From the NCBI GenBank assembly GCA_038256525.1, contig JBBSKF010000003.1, positions 2,516 through 66,515 of the forward strand: a stretch of 64,000 bases of DNA. Reading direction: 5' to 3'. Position 1 is the first letter of the stretch, and every line of letters starts with the position of its first letter. The position numbers and the translations under genes were made by a program. Of the stretch, positions 51,689 to 62,281 are shown in pieces. This stretch comes from Mycobacteriales bacterium. GTDB taxonomy: Bacteria > Actinomycetota > Actinomycetes > Mycobacteriales > SCTD01. The notes beneath the pieces are model-generated. The model was not told the origin of the DNA. It saw only the letters and a program-made list of their open reading frames with translations, and did not search any database.

Positions 51689-52420
51689 ATGCCCACATCC
51701 CTACCGACACCTGTCGTCGCTGCCCTGGGCGTCGTCCCGACACTCCTGGATGGCGTACGCCGCCTGCCGGGCAAGGCGGTCCAGCTGCCCATCCTCGCCG
51801 TCAGCTCGGCGCTGACCGGGCTCGATTCGGCCCGACGGGAATACGTCGTGCTGGCCGAGCGCGGTGAGCGGCTGCTGTCCCGGATGCGTGGGACGTCGCA
51901 GAACGGCCTCGCCCATGATCCGGTCGCGCCGACAGCGGTGACGCCCGTCGACGAGCGGCCCAAAGGGGTTCCGACGCCGAAGGCCCCGTCAACGGCGACG
52001 CGGGTCGACAGCACCCGGATCGACAGCGCCGCTGCGCCCGACGTCGTGCAGACCGTCGAGCAGGTGTCAGCGGTGGTCGGTGGACCGGTCCTCGCCCACG
52101 AGGATCTGCCACTACCGGACTACGACCACCTGACGCTTGGCTCCTTGCGGGGGCGCATGCGCAGCCTGGACCTGCCGCAGCTGGTCGCTGTGCGGGCCTA
52201 CGAGAAGGCCCACGCCGACCGCCTGCCGATCGTCACGATGCTCGACAACCGCATCGCCAAGCTGGCGAGCGACCCGACCGCTGCGCTCAGTCCCGGCGGT
52301 GCCGACCCGACCATCCCCGGGCCCGCGGACAGCGGGTCCAAGGTCAGCCCGGTCACCGCGGCACCGACGCAGCCGACCGCCTCACGCGGCGGCCTCGGCG
52401 ACCAGAACCGGCTGCGCTGA
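51689..52420 (+). CDS. conserved actinobacterial hypothetical protein
   Basis: High GC3. It sits between ispH and xseA, as in mycobacterial synteny. No motif was recognised. Confidence 0.5.
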   Translation: MPTSLPTPVVAALGVVPTLLDGVRRLPGKAVQLPILAVSSALTGLDSARREYVVLAERGERLLSRMRGTSQNGLAHDPVAPTAVTPVDERPKGVPTPKAPSTATRVDSTRIDSAAAPDVVQTVEQVSAVVGGPVLAHEDLPLPDYDHLTLGSLRGRMRSLDLPQLVAVRAYEKAHADRLPIVTMLDNRIAKLASDPTAALSPGGADPTIPGPADSGSKVSPVTAAPTQPTASRGGLGDQNRLR

Positions 52421-52426
52421 GCGGCA

Positions 52427-53626
52427 ATGGGCCTCGCCAACAGCGCGGAGCAGCCGCTGCCCGTACGCACCGTCGCGCGCTCGATCTCGGAGTGGGTCGG
52501 CAGGCTCGGCCGGGTCTGGGTCGAAGGGCAGATCACCCAGGTGTCGCGTCGCCCTGGCACGGTCTACCTGACGCTGCGCGACCCGGTGGCCGACATGAGC
52601 TTGTCCGTGACCTGCTCACGGCAGGTGTGCGACGCCGTGGTCCCACCGCTTGACGAGGGCGCCCGGGTCGTCATCCACGCCAAGCCCGACTTCTATGCCG
52701 GGCGGGGCACGCTGAGCCTTGCCGCCCTCGAGATCCGGCCCGTCGGCGTCGGGGAGCTGCTCGCCCGCCTGGAGCGTCTCAAGGTGCTGCTCGGCGCCGA
52801 GGGGCTGTTCGCCTCGGACCGCAAGCAGCCGCTGCCCTTCCTCCCCCGGCGGGTGGGGTTGATCACCGGCCGGGCCGGCGCGGCCGAGCGGGACGTTCTC
52901 GAGAACGCCCGCCGTCGTTGGCCCGCCGTCGATTTCGCTGTACGCGAGGTGGCTGTGCAAGGTCACCTCGCCGCGGCACAGGTCACCGCTGCACTGCGGG
53001 AGCTCGATCGCGAGCCGAGCGTGGACGTCATCGTCATCGCCCGCGGCGGCGGCAGTGTGGAGGACCTGCTGCCGTTCAGCGACGAGGGACTGTGCCGCGC
53101 CGTCGCCGCCTGCCGCACACCGGTGGTCAGTGCCATCGGGCACGAGCCGGACAGCCCCCTGCTCGACTTCGTCGCCGATGTGCGGTGCTCCACGCCCACC
53201 GATGCGGGCAAGCGGGTCGTGCCCGATGTGCGGGAGGAGGGTGTGCGGGTTCGTCAGCTGCGCGACCGGGGCCGCCGGGTCGCCGTGGGCAGTCTCGAGC
53301 GCGAGCGGTCCAGGCTCGAAGCGGTCCGCAGCCGGCCGGCGCTGGCGGACCCGTCGACCCTGGTCTCGACCCGGCGCGACGAGGTGGGCACCGATCACGA
53401 GCGGGCCCGGCGCTGCATCGCCGGGCGCCTGTCGGCCGCCCAGCACGACCTCGACCATGTGCTGGCCAGAGTCCTTGCGCTCAGTCCGCAGGCCACGCTC
53501 GATCGCGGCTACGCCGTGGTGCAGGACGAGGACGGCGCGGTGGTACGGAAGGCCGATGCTGTGCCGCCTGGCGCGGACCTCTCGGTGCGGCTCGCTGTCG
53601 GCACCCTGCTGGTCACGGCCGACTGA
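52427..53626 (+). CDS. xseA: exodeoxyribonuclease VII large subunit
   Basis: OB-fold N-terminus ([23 protein letters not shown]), [28 protein letters not shown]. Confidence 0.9.
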   Translation: MGLANSAEQPLPVRTVARSISEWVGRLGRVWVEGQITQVSRRPGTVYLTLRDPVADMSLSVTCSRQVCDAVVPPLDEGARVVIHAKPDFYAGRGTLSLAALEIRPVGVGELLARLERLKVLLGAEGLFASDRKQPLPFLPRRVGLITGRAGAAERDVLENARRRWPAVDFAVREVAVQGHLAAAQVTAALRELDREPSVDVIVIARGGGSVEDLLPFSDEGLCRAVAACRTPVVSAIGHEPDSPLLDFVADVRCSTPTDAGKRVVPDVREEGVRVRQLRDRGRRVAVGSLERERSRLEAVRSRPALADPSTLVSTRRDEVGTDHERARRCIAGRLSAAQHDLDHVLARVLALSPQATLDRGYAVVQDEDGAVVRKADAVPPGADLSVRLAVGTLLVTAD

Positions 53627-53643
53627 GGCCGTAGGTTGCCTCC

Positions 53644-53880
53644 GTGACCGAGTCCTCCAGCCTCACCTACGAGCAGGCCCGTGACGAGCTGACCGACGTG
53701 GTGCGGCGGCTCGAACAGGGCGGGGCGACCCTGGAGCAGTCGCTCGTGCTGTGGGAGCGCGGCGAGGAACTGGCCCGGATCTGTCAGGCCTTCCTGGACG
53801 GCGCGAAAGCGCGGCTCGACGCGGCCCTTTCAGCCGGCGTCCTGTCCACCGGCGCGGAGCGACCGGACGAGCACGCGTAG
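53644..53880 (+). CDS. xseB: exodeoxyribonuclease VII small subunit
   Basis: LTYEQARDELTDVVRRLEQGGATLEQSLVLWERGEELARICQ. Confidence 0.85.
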   Translation: MTESSSLTYEQARDELTDVVRRLEQGGATLEQSLVLWERGEELARICQAFLDGAKARLDAALSAGVLSTGAERPDEHA

Positions 53881-54420
53881 CTCCTCCAGTGAGGCCGTGC
53901 CTCGGGTGGTGCCCAGCACGACGGTCACCGCGCCGAACGCCCTCGTCAACGACAGCGAGCCGTCGGCGTCGCGGTACTGCTCCCAGACGTCCCCGTCCAC
54001 GTCCACCGGCTCGAGCTGTCGGCCGTCACCGGTGATCGTCGGCAGGAAGACCGCGGCCGGCTCGGTGGAGGCGGCGTACTCGGCGTACTGCTCGGCGGTC
54101 GTGACGTAGCCGATGCGCAAGGCGCGCGGGTCAGCGGTGCGGCTCGACGAGGTGGCCCGCCACTGCTTCGGCACGACCGACGGCACCGGTGCGCCAGGTT
54201 CGTCTGTCGTGAAGGCCGTGATGTCCGCGGCCGGGTCGACCGGGCGCAGCACCTGCTCGTCGCTGCTCGGCGGTTGCGCGAAATACCACACGGCGACGAC
54301 GACGAGCAGCACCAGGCTGAGCGAGCGCACCATGTCACCGGCGCCCTCGCGCCCGCGCTTCTTCGGCCCTGCCCGCTCCGTCTGCTCCGTCACCCTGACA
54401 TTCGCCCCCGGAACCTTCGA
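53830..54420 (-). CDS. DUF4245-like membrane-anchored protein
   Basis: MVRSLSLVLLVVVAVWYF anchor and conserved synteny next to xseB/glpX. The start is uncertain (54420-54471). It overlaps xseB convergently at the 3' end. Confidence 0.5.
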   Translation of the reverse strand, partial: SKVPGANVRVTEQTERAGPKKRGREGAGDMVRSLSLVLLVVVAVWYFAQPPSSDEQVLRPVDPAADITAFTTDEPGAPVPSVVPKQWRATSSSRTADPRALRIGYVTTAEQYAEYAASTEPAAVFLPTITGDGRQLEPVDVDGDVWEQYRDADGSLSLTRAFGAVTVVLGTTRGTASLEELRVLVRSLRAGGQDAG

Positions 54421-54448
54421 CACTGGGCCATTGTCGCCCAGGATGCCG

Positions 54449-55603
54449 CTAACGACCCGCCAGGACCTCACTCATGGCGTCGAGGACGCCGAGCGCCTCG
54501 TCCAGGGTGTTGTAGAAGTGCGGTGCGACCCGGATGCCGACACCCGGGCGATGGTCGACGACCGTCCCCCGTACGACGAGGGCGTCGTGCACCCGCTCCG
54601 CATCTCCGGGGTCGATCGTCACGTGACCGCCCCGATGGTGCGGGTCGTGCGGGGAGCGGACCGTGAACCCGCGTTCAAGCGCGGCTTCCAGCAGCGGCTG
54701 CGTCAGGGACAGTGACCGCTCGCGAACACGCTGCATCCCGATGTCCGCGAGCGCGGCGTAGGCCGGTTCGGCGGCGTAGGCGGCGCAGACCCCGGGTGTT
54801 CCCCCTGCGAAGCGACGGACGCCTGGTGCATAGGCATTCTCGGGATCGAAGGCGAACGGAGCGAGCTGCCCGAACCAGCCGGCGGTGACCGGCTCGAGCA
54901 GCTCGCTGACGTGCGGTGCGGCGTACATCCAACCGTTGCCCGGGCCACCGGACAGGTACTTCACCGATCCACCCAGATAGAGGTCGACGTCGAGGGCGAC
55001 CACGTCGACGGCCAGGGTGCCCGCCGCCTGGTAGCCGTCGACGGCAACCAGAGCCCCGACGGCATGGGCTTTCTCGACGATCGGCGCGAGGTCGACGACG
55101 GTCGCGGTGCGGAACAGCACATGACTGCACTCGACCAGCAGCGTGCGCTCGTCGATGGCGTCCACCAGCTGCTGGATGTCGAAGCCGAGCCCGTCGGCCT
55201 GCGCCGCGATCACCACCGCCTCGCCACCGAGCCGTCCGATCTGCGACCAGGTGTGCAGGCTGCCCGGCCATTCGAGGGCACTGGTGACCACGCGGTTCCG
55301 CGTGCCGCGCCAGGAAAGACTCGCGACCAGGTCACCGAGCAGGTCCGCGACGTTCTGCCGCAGGACCGTCGTGCCGGGCGGGGCACCGACGAGTGAGCCG
55401 ACGAGGTCGGCCACCCGCTCCACCTCCGGTACCCACCGCTCCCACGCCACCACGCCGTGCTCGGCCCACGACGTGGTGAACTCGGCGAGCCGCTCGGGTG
55501 TCCGCCGATGCATGGCGCCAAGGGTGTGACTGGCCAGGTAGGTCTTTCGCGACAGGATCGGGTAGTCGTCGCGGCGCCCCAGCAGATCCTCATGGGCGCT
55601 CAC
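54449..55603 (-). CDS. class V aminotransferase-fold PLP enzyme (kynureninase/cysteine-desulfurase-like)
   Basis: YLASHTLGAM.., DVDLYLGGSVKYLSGGPGNGWMY (PLP-Lys region). Confidence 0.7.
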   Translation of the reverse strand: MSAHEDLLGRRDDYPILSRKTYLASHTLGAMHRRTPERLAEFTTSWAEHGVVAWERWVPEVERVADLVGSLVGAPPGTTVLRQNVADLLGDLVASLSWRGTRNRVVTSALEWPGSLHTWSQIGRLGGEAVVIAAQADGLGFDIQQLVDAIDERTLLVECSHVLFRTATVVDLAPIVEKAHAVGALVAVDGYQAAGTLAVDVVALDVDLYLGGSVKYLSGGPGNGWMYAAPHVSELLEPVTAGWFGQLAPFAFDPENAYAPGVRRFAGGTPGVCAAYAAEPAYAALADIGMQRVRERSLSLTQPLLEAALERGFTVRSPHDPHHRGGHVTIDPGDAERVHDALVVRGTVVDHRPGVGIRVAPHFYNTLDEALGVLDAMSEVLAGR

Positions 55604-56202
55604 GGGCCACCGGCGATCCGGCCGATGAGATCGAGCACGTCGCCAGCCAGCTTGGTCGCCGCCGGCTCGCTCTCGCAGACCGCGACCTCATGACCCGCCT
55701 CGCTGATCACCGTCGTGAGGACCAGCACCAAGGCGTCGCCCCAGGGCTCGCCCGCATCGTCGGGGCCGTGCCGCAGAAGCGTGGCGTTGCGCCTGGTCCA
55801 CTCCCGGTAACGGCGGCGAGCCACCAGCTCGAAGCCAGGTGGCCCACCGCCGGCCAGGAACAGCCGGGCGAGGTCGCGCTCGGCCCAGCAGCCGTCCAGA
55901 TAGGCCCGGCCACCCGCCACGAACAGGGCGACCGGCTCGCTCTCGCCCTCGGCGCGCGAGTGCCGGACCGCTGCGGCTGCGCGCGACTCCTGCCGTTGCT
56001 GGTAGTCCTCGAACAGGGCCAGGTAGAGCTCGGCCTTGCCGCCGAAGTGGTGATAGAGGCTGCCGACGCTGGCCCCGGCGCCCCCGACGACCTCGGCGAT
56101 CGAGGCCTCGGCGAAGCCGGAGGCGGTGAACACCGAACGCGCCGAGCTCAGCAGGGCCGCCCGGGTCGTGGCAGCCCTGGACCCGATGCGGGGTTCGGTC
56201 AC
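55600..56202 (-). CDS. TetR-family transcriptional regulator
   Basis: TRAALLSSARSVFTASGFAEASIAEVVGGAGASVGSLYHHFGGKAELY. Confidence 0.85.
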   Translation of the reverse strand: MTEPRIGSRAATTRAALLSSARSVFTASGFAEASIAEVVGGAGASVGSLYHHFGGKAELYLALFEDYQQRQESRAAAAVRHSRAEGESEPVALFVAGGRAYLDGCWAERDLARLFLAGGGPPGFELVARRRYREWTRRNATLLRHGPDDAGEPWGDALVLVLTTVISEAGHEVAVCESEPAATKLAGDVLDLIGRIAGGP

Positions 56203-56804
56203 GGCCCGTCAGTGGCGAACGGGACCCGGCGTCGCTCACTGATCTGACCGATGGTGCTCCACTGGTTGCCGCCGAGCCGGGCGAGCGGCCGGAGCAGGTC
56301 GATGGCCGGCGAATCCCTGCGCAGCACGCGCAGATCGACGGCCACCCAGACCACCTGCCCGAACACCACCGTGGAGCCTCCCCCGAAGTCGACGGTGTCG
56401 AGCAGCCGACACTCGACCGCGGCAGGTGACTCGGCCACCCGGCAGGGCCCCACTCGCGAGCTCGGCTCGCGGGTGAGCCCGACGGCGTCGTACTCACTGA
56501 TGTCCGGTGGGTAGTCGGTGGCCGTTCGGTTGACCTTCTCGACGAGCTCCTCGGGACACAGGTTCACGACGAACTCCCCGGTCGCGACCGCGTTCCGCAG
56601 CGAGTCCTTCGACCCCACGGAGGTGAACTGCACCACCGGCGGCGTGACGGAGGAGATGGTGAAGTAGGAATGCGGGGCAAGGTTGTCGACGCCGTCCGCC
56701 GAACGGGTCGACACCCAGGCGATCGGCCGGGGCACCACGATGGCGTTCAGCAGCTGGTACATGTCCGCACCGAGAGCAGCAGGGTCGAAGTCGCGGCGTG
56801 GCAC
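56199..56804 (-). CDS. flavin reductase-like FMN-binding protein
   Basis: [32 protein letters not shown].. Confidence 0.8.
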   Translation of the reverse strand: MPRRDFDPAALGADMYQLLNAIVVPRPIAWVSTRSADGVDNLAPHSYFTISSVTPPVVQFTSVGSKDSLRNAVATGEFVVNLCPEELVEKVNRTATDYPPDISEYDAVGLTREPSSRVGPCRVAESPAAVECRLLDTVDFGGGSTVVFGQVVWVAVDLRVLRRDSPAIDLLRPLARLGGNQWSTIGQISERRRVPFATDGP

Positions 56805-56876
56805 CGGACCACCTTAGGCAGCCGCAGCGACCACGCGCCGAGTCGATCGGCATCGGCACCCACTAGGGTGCGCACC

Positions 56877-57902
56877 ATGAGCGAAATGCTGCCCGAAGAA
56901 CTGGTCGTGTCCGCCGAGACCCCTGACCGAAACCTCGCCATGGAGCTGGTTCGGGTGACCGAGGCCGCCGCGATGGCCGGGGGCCGCTGGGTGGGTCGCG
57001 GCGACAAGAACGGTGGCGACGGGGCGGCCGTCGACGCGATGCGCAGCCTGATCGGCACGGTGTCCATGCGGGGCGTCGTCGTGATCGGCGAGGGCGAGAA
57101 GGACGAGGCCCCCATGCTGTTCAACGGCGAGGAGGTCGGCTGCGGTGACGGTCCCGAGTGCGACGTAGCGGTCGATCCGATCGACGGCACGACGCTGATG
57201 GCCAACGGAATGCCCAATGCCATCGCCGTCATGGCCGTGTCCGAGCGCGGCACGATGTACGACCCGAGCTCGGTCTTCTACATGGACAAGCTCGTCACCG
57301 GCGCCGAAGCTGCCGGGGTCGTCGACATCACCGCGCCGCCGGCGTTCAACATCCAGGCGGTGGCCAAGGCCAAGGGGGGAGCGGTCGAGGACGTCACCGT
57401 CTGCATCCTGGCCCGCCCCCGCCACGACGAGCTGGTGCGCCAGGTGCGCGAAGCCGGCGCCCGCATCAAGTTCATCACCGACGGCGACGTCGCGGGGGCC
57501 GTGATGGCCTGCTCGGAGGGCACCGGCATCGATCTCATGATGGGCATCGGCGGCACCCCCGAGGGGATCATCACGGCCTGCGCCGTCAAGTGCCTCGGCG
57601 GCACGCTCCAGGGCAAGCTCTGGCCGAAGACCGACAGCGAGTTCAAGAATGCGGCGGCGGCCGGGCTCGATCTTGACAAGATCCTCGACACCGACGACCT
57701 GGTCCGCAGCGACAACGTCTTCTTCGTTGCGACCGGCATCACCGACGGGGAGCTCTTGCACGGTGTGCGCTACCGCGGCGGTGGCGCGACCACCGAGTCG
57801 CTCGTGATGCGCAGCAAGTCCGGCACCATCCGTCGGGTCACCAGCCAGCACCGGCTGACCAAGCTGCGCGCCTATGCCGCCGTGGATTACGAGCACCACT
57901 GA
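56877..57902 (+). CDS. glpX: class II fructose-1,6-bisphosphatase
   Basis: [43 protein letters not shown].. Confidence 0.9.
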   Translation: MSEMLPEELVVSAETPDRNLAMELVRVTEAAAMAGGRWVGRGDKNGGDGAAVDAMRSLIGTVSMRGVVVIGEGEKDEAPMLFNGEEVGCGDGPECDVAVDPIDGTTLMANGMPNAIAVMAVSERGTMYDPSSVFYMDKLVTGAEAAGVVDITAPPAFNIQAVAKAKGGAVEDVTVCILARPRHDELVRQVREAGARIKFITDGDVAGAVMACSEGTGIDLMMGIGGTPEGIITACAVKCLGGTLQGKLWPKTDSEFKNAAAAGLDLDKILDTDDLVRSDNVFFVATGITDGELLHGVRYRGGGATTESLVMRSKSGTIRRVTSQHRLTKLRAYAAVDYEHH

Positions 57903-57908
57903 CCCCAC

Positions 57909-58661
57909 GTGCGCCTCGCCACCTGGAACGTCAACAGCATCGGGGCCAGGCTGCCGCGGCTGCTGCCGTGGCTCGAGCAGGTTGGCCCGGACGTCGTCGC
58001 GCTGCAGGAGACCAAGTGCGCAGACGCCGCCTTTCCGTATGCCGACCTGCGTGCGCTCGGCTACGAGGCAGCCCACGCCGGTGACGGCCGGTGGAACGGC
58101 GTCGCCCTGCTCTCCCGCCTCGGCGTGGCGGAGGTCTCAGGATCCCTCGCCGGCCATCCCGAACCGCGGCTGGTGTCGGCACAGTGCGGTCCGCTGCATG
58201 CCACGTCGGTGTACGTGCCGAACGGCCGCGCGCTCGGCGACCCGCACTACGCGTACAAGCTGGCCTGGCTCGCGGCGTTGCTCGAGAGACTCGAGTCGGC
58301 GGACCCGGCGCAGCCCCTGGTCGTCATGGGGGACATGAATGTCGCCCTGCGCGACGCCGACGTGTGGGACATTCGCGCCTTCTCGGACAGCACGCACGTC
58401 ACTGCGGCCGAGCGGGCAGCTCTGCAGTCCCTGCTCGACTGGGGGCTGGTGGACGTGGTGGCGCGACCGGGCAAGGGCGAGTTCCCCTTCACCTACTGGG
58501 ACTACCGGGCCGGGATGATGCACAAGAACCTCGGCATGCGCATCGACTACGTCCTGGCGACCCGGGCTGTGACGGTGCGCGACGCCTGGGTGGATCGCGA
58601 GGCCCGCAAGGGGAAAGGCGCCTCGGACCACGCTCCGGTCGTGGTCGACATCGACGTCTGA
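57909..58661 (+). CDS. xthA: exodeoxyribonuclease III
   Basis: MRLATWNVNSI..LQETK..GDMNVA..SDHAPVVVD. Confidence 0.9.
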   Translation: MRLATWNVNSIGARLPRLLPWLEQVGPDVVALQETKCADAAFPYADLRALGYEAAHAGDGRWNGVALLSRLGVAEVSGSLAGHPEPRLVSAQCGPLHATSVYVPNGRALGDPHYAYKLAWLAALLERLESADPAQPLVVMGDMNVALRDADVWDIRAFSDSTHVTAAERAALQSLLDWGLVDVVARPGKGEFPFTYWDYRAGMMHKNLGMRIDYVLATRAVTVRDAWVDREARKGKGASDHAPVVVDIDV

Positions 58662-58747
58662 GACCTTCAGGTCCCCGAGCAACCTGTCGATAGGTCTCCC
58701 AACGCCTTGCGCCATCTGGGTGCGGGCGCGAAGGAGGCCTGTCCTCG

Positions 58748-60742
58748 ATGCGTGCCCGGTCCCGTGCGCTGACCGCTCTGCTCGCCGCTGTCGCGGTGAT
58801 CCTCACCACGGGCCTGGCCATCGCCTCCCCGGCAGGCGCGTCACCGGCCACCACCGGATCTGGAGCTGTCGCCGGCCGGGTGCTCGTGCAGTACCGCGCG
58901 GACACCCCGGTCGAGACCCGAGCCTCGCTGGAGCGGGCGCACGGCCTGAGCAAGGTCAGGAAGCTGGACCGCATCGGCGTCGAGGTCCTGCAGACCCGGC
59001 CCGGGGACGAGGCCGCAACGATCGCGGCCCTGCAGCGATCCGGCCGGGTGGTCTTCGCCGAGCGCGACGGTCGCACGACAGCAGCAGCGGTCACGCCGAA
59101 CGACTACTGGTGGCCGCAGCAGTGGGGACCGGTGAAGGTCAACGCACCGCGAGCCTGGTCGGCCACCACGGGGGCGTCCTCCGTCGTGGTCGCCGTTCTC
59201 GACTCGGGTGTGTCGGCCCACCCGGACCTTTCCGGAAAGCTCACCGCTGGGTACGACTTCATCAATCTCGACTCCTCGCCGATCGACGACAACGGCCACG
59301 GCACGCTCGCCGCCGGCGTCGTCGGGGCGCTGTCGAACAACGGCATCGGGGTGGCGAGCCTGTGCTGGCAGTGCAAGATCATGCCGGTCAAGGTGCTGGC
59401 GGCCGACGGAAGCGGCAGCTACTCCGCTCTCGCGGACGGCATCGTCTGGGCAGCCGACCGGGGCGCCAAGGTCATCACCATGAGCCTGTCGGGCGACGAC
59501 GACTCCGCGGCGCTGCGGAGCGCCGTGCAGTACGCCCGGAACAAGGGTGCGGTCCTCACCGCCGCGGCCGGCAACGCCGGCTGTGACTGCAGGAGCTTTC
59601 CCGCTGCTTTCCCGGAGGTGATCAGCGTCGGCGCCAGCGACACCACGGACGCCCGAGCGAGCTACTCCAACTACGGCTCATGGGTCGACGTCGCCGCACC
59701 GGGGACGAACTACACGACCACGATGTCCGGGGCCTACGGCTCGTTCTCCGGAACGTCCTCCGCCACGCCGGTCGTCGCCGGTGTGCTGGCGCTGCTGCGA
59801 TCGGCCGCACCGCTCGCCTCGGTCGGTGCGATCGAGACAGCGCTGCTGTCGACAGCCGCGCCCGTCGGATACGTCGCCACCGGACGGATCGACGCGGCGG
59901 CCGCCCTCGCCGCCGTGACCGGCGTGCCCATCACCACGGGTTTCCCGCTGACCGGGGCCATCGGGGCGATGTACCCCAGTGTGGCTTCCGTGCTGGGAGC
60001 CCCGACGAGCGCGGAGTTCTCCGTGCCCGGTGGTCGGGCTCAGAGCTTCCAGGGTGGCGACATGCTGTGGTCGGTCGCCACCGGGGCGCGCGAGGTGCAT
60101 GGCGGCATCCTCGGCAGATACCGCACACTTGCCGGGCCGTCATCGCCGCTCGGCCTGCCGACGACGCACGAGACCGCGACGCCCGGGGGCTACGGCCGTT
60201 ACAACCACTTCCAGGGGGGCTCGATCTACTGGAGCCCCGCGACCGCGGCCTTCGAGGTCCGCGGCGCGATCCGTGGTGCCTGGGCGCGGCTGGGGTGGGA
60301 GCGCAGCGCGCTGGGCTACCCGGTCACCGGCGAGCTCGGCACACCGGACGGTGTCGGGCGCTTCAACCACTTCCAGACCGGCTCGGTCTACTGGACCCCA
60401 TCGACCGGTGCGGTCGAGGTGCGAGGGGCCATCCGGGCCACCTGGGCGCGGCTGGGCTGGGAGCGCAGTGCGCTGGGCTACCCCGTGACCGACGAGCTCG
60501 GCACACCGGACGGTGTCGGGCGCTTCAACCACTTCCAGACCGGCTCGGTCTACTGGACCCCGTTGACCGGTGCGCGGGAGGTCCGCGGGGCGATCCGCGG
60601 CCACTGGGCCGCACTGGGCTGGGAGCGGGGCCTGGGCTATCCCGTGAGCGACGAGTACGACGTGCCGGGCGGTCGCCGCAACGACTTCCAGCGCGGCTCC
60701 ATCGTCTGGGACGCCGGGACCGGGGCGACACGCGTCGTCTGA
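58748..60742 (+). CDS. secreted S8 (subtilisin-like) serine peptidase with five C-terminal LGFP repeats
   Basis: Signal peptide. Catalytic VAVLDSGV (Asp), HGTLAAGVV (His), [11 protein letters not shown] (Ser). Five ~54-aa repeats follow, carrying LG(Y/L)P..E motifs. Confidence 0.85.
   Translation: MRARSRALTALLAAVAVILTTGLAIASPAGASPATTGSGAVAGRVLVQYRADTPVETRASLERAHGLSKVRKLDRIGVEVLQTRPGDEAATIAALQRSGRVVFAERDGRTTAAAVTPNDYWWPQQWGPVKVNAPRAWSATTGASSVVVAVLDSGVSAHPDLSGKLTAGYDFINLDSSPIDDNGHGTLAAGVVGALSNNGIGVASLCWQCKIMPVKVLAADGSGSYSALADGIVWAADRGAKVITMSLSGDDDSAALRSAVQYARNKGAVLTAAAGNAGCDCRSFPAAFPEVISVGASDTTDARASYSNYGSWVDVAAPGTNYTTTMSGAYGSFSGTSSATPVVAGVLALLRSAAPLASVGAIETALLSTAAPVGYVATGRIDAAAALAAVTGVPITTGFPLTGAIGAMYPSVASVLGAPTSAEFSVPGGRAQSFQGGDMLWSVATGAREVHGGILGRYRTLAGPSSPLGLPTTHETATPGGYGRYNHFQGGSIYWSPATAAFEVRGAIRGAWARLGWERSALGYPVTGELGTPDGVGRFNHFQTGSVYWTPSTGAVEVRGAIRATWARLGWERSALGYPVTDELGTPDGVGRFNHFQTGSVYWTPLTGAREVRGAIRGHWAALGWERGLGYPVSDEYDVPGGRRNDFQRGSIVWDAGTGATRVV
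60263..60586. repeat. two tandem 162-bp near-identical copies (LGFP repeats 3 and 4)
   Basis: Period 162 nt. A 68-nt stretch (gagctcggcacaccggacgg...tactggacccc) is identical at 60332 and 60494. Confidence 0.85.
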
Positions 60743-60752
60743 CGGCGGCAAG

Positions 60753-62165
60753 ATGGCCGGTATGACAGATCCGACGGGCGCGTGGCGGACCGAGCACGAC
60801 AGCATGGGCGAGATCTCCGTCCCGGCCACGGCGAGGTACGGCGCGCAGACGCAGCGGGCGGTCGAGAACTTCCCGATCAGCGGGCAGCGGATCGAGCGAG
60901 CCCACATCGAGGCGCTCGCCCGCATCAAGGCCTCCGCCGCGAAGGTCAACGCCTCGCTCGGCGTGATCGACCCGGGAATGGCACAGGCGATCGAAGCGGC
61001 GGCGGCCGAGGTCGCCGCCGGCCAGTGGGACGACCACTTTCCGGTCGACGTGTTCCAGACCGGCTCGGGAACCAGCAGCAACATGAACATCAACGAGGTC
61101 CTCGCCTCACTCGCGAGCGAGAAGCATGGCGCGCCAGTGCATCCCAATGACCACGTCAATGCGAGCCAGTCCAGCAACGACGTCTTCCCCAGCAGCATCC
61201 ACATCGCCGCAACCTCGGCGATCGTGTCGGACCTGGTCCCGGCCCTCACCTCGCTGGCCGAGTCGCTCGAACGCAAGGCTGGGCAGTGGGCCGATGTCGT
61301 CAAGGCCGGCCGCACGCACCTGATGGACGCCACCCCCGTCACGCTCGGACAGGAGTTCGGCGGCTACGCCGCACAGGTGCGGTACGGCATCGAGCGGCTG
61401 CGCAGCTCGCTCCCCCGGCTGGCCGAGCTCCCCCTCGGTGGCACCGCCGTCGGCACCGGCATCAACACCCCGGCCGGCTTCAGCGCAGCAGTCATCGCCG
61501 AGGTGGCTGCCGCGACCGGCCTGCCGCTCACCGAGGCGCGGGACCACTTCGAGGCCCAGGGCGCTCGCGACGGGCTGGTCGAGGCCAGCGGACAGCTTCG
61601 TACGATCGCCGTCGGCCTGTACAAGATCAGCAACGACCTGCGCTGGATGGGCTCCGGCCCGCGAGCCGGGCTCGGCGAGCTCGCCCTGCCCGATCTGCAG
61701 CCCGGCAGCAGCATCATGCCGGGCAAGGTCAACCCGGTGATCCCGGAGGCGACCTGCATGGTCGTCGCCCAGGTCGTCGGCAACGACGCGGCCATCGCCT
61801 TCGCCGGCGCCTCCGGGGCTTTCGAGCTCAACGTCATGCTGCCGGTGATGGCCCGCAACCTGCTCGAGTCGATCCGCCTGCTGGCGAACGTCAGCCGGCT
61901 GCTCGCCGACCGCTGCGTCGACGGCATCGTGGCCGACGAGGCCCGCTGCCGCGAGCTGGCCGAGTCCTCCCCGTCGATCGTGACCCCGCTGAACCGCTAC
62001 CTCGGGTACGAGAACGCCGCGGCCATCGCGAAGACGTCGCTGCGTGAGCGCAAGACCATCCGTCAGGTCGTCCTCGAGAGCGGCTACGTGGAGCGGGGGG
62101 AGCTCACCGAGGAGCAACTCGATGCGGCACTGGATGTGCTGTCGATGACCCGTCCGCCGGCGTGA
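60753..62165 (+). CDS. fumC: class II fumarate hydratase
   Basis: [11 protein letters not shown] signature and full-length family pattern. Confidence 0.95.
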   Translation: MAGMTDPTGAWRTEHDSMGEISVPATARYGAQTQRAVENFPISGQRIERAHIEALARIKASAAKVNASLGVIDPGMAQAIEAAAAEVAAGQWDDHFPVDVFQTGSGTSSNMNINEVLASLASEKHGAPVHPNDHVNASQSSNDVFPSSIHIAATSAIVSDLVPALTSLAESLERKAGQWADVVKAGRTHLMDATPVTLGQEFGGYAAQVRYGIERLRSSLPRLAELPLGGTAVGTGINTPAGFSAAVIAEVAAATGLPLTEARDHFEAQGARDGLVEASGQLRTIAVGLYKISNDLRWMGSGPRAGLGELALPDLQPGSSIMPGKVNPVIPEATCMVVAQVVGNDAAIAFAGASGAFELNVMLPVMARNLLESIRLLANVSRLLADRCVDGIVADEARCRELAESSPSIVTPLNRYLGYENAAAIAKTSLRERKTIRQVVLESGYVERGELTEEQLDAALDVLSMTRPPA

Positions 62166-62188
62166 CGCTGCCCTCCCCCCGACCACCC

Positions 62189-62249
62189 CGACTTCCCCTG
62201 CCGTACGACACAGCTCGCCCCCCAGAACGTGCCGTTTCGAAGGGGAAGT
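62189..62249. terminator. 10-nt perfect inverted repeat (GACTTCCCCT..41 nt..AGGGGAAGTC) between convergent genes
   Basis: Read directly. The long loop makes the terminator role tentative. Confidence 0.3.
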
Positions 62250-62281
62250 CACGACCAGTTGCCGCAGACGCCCCTACCTGC

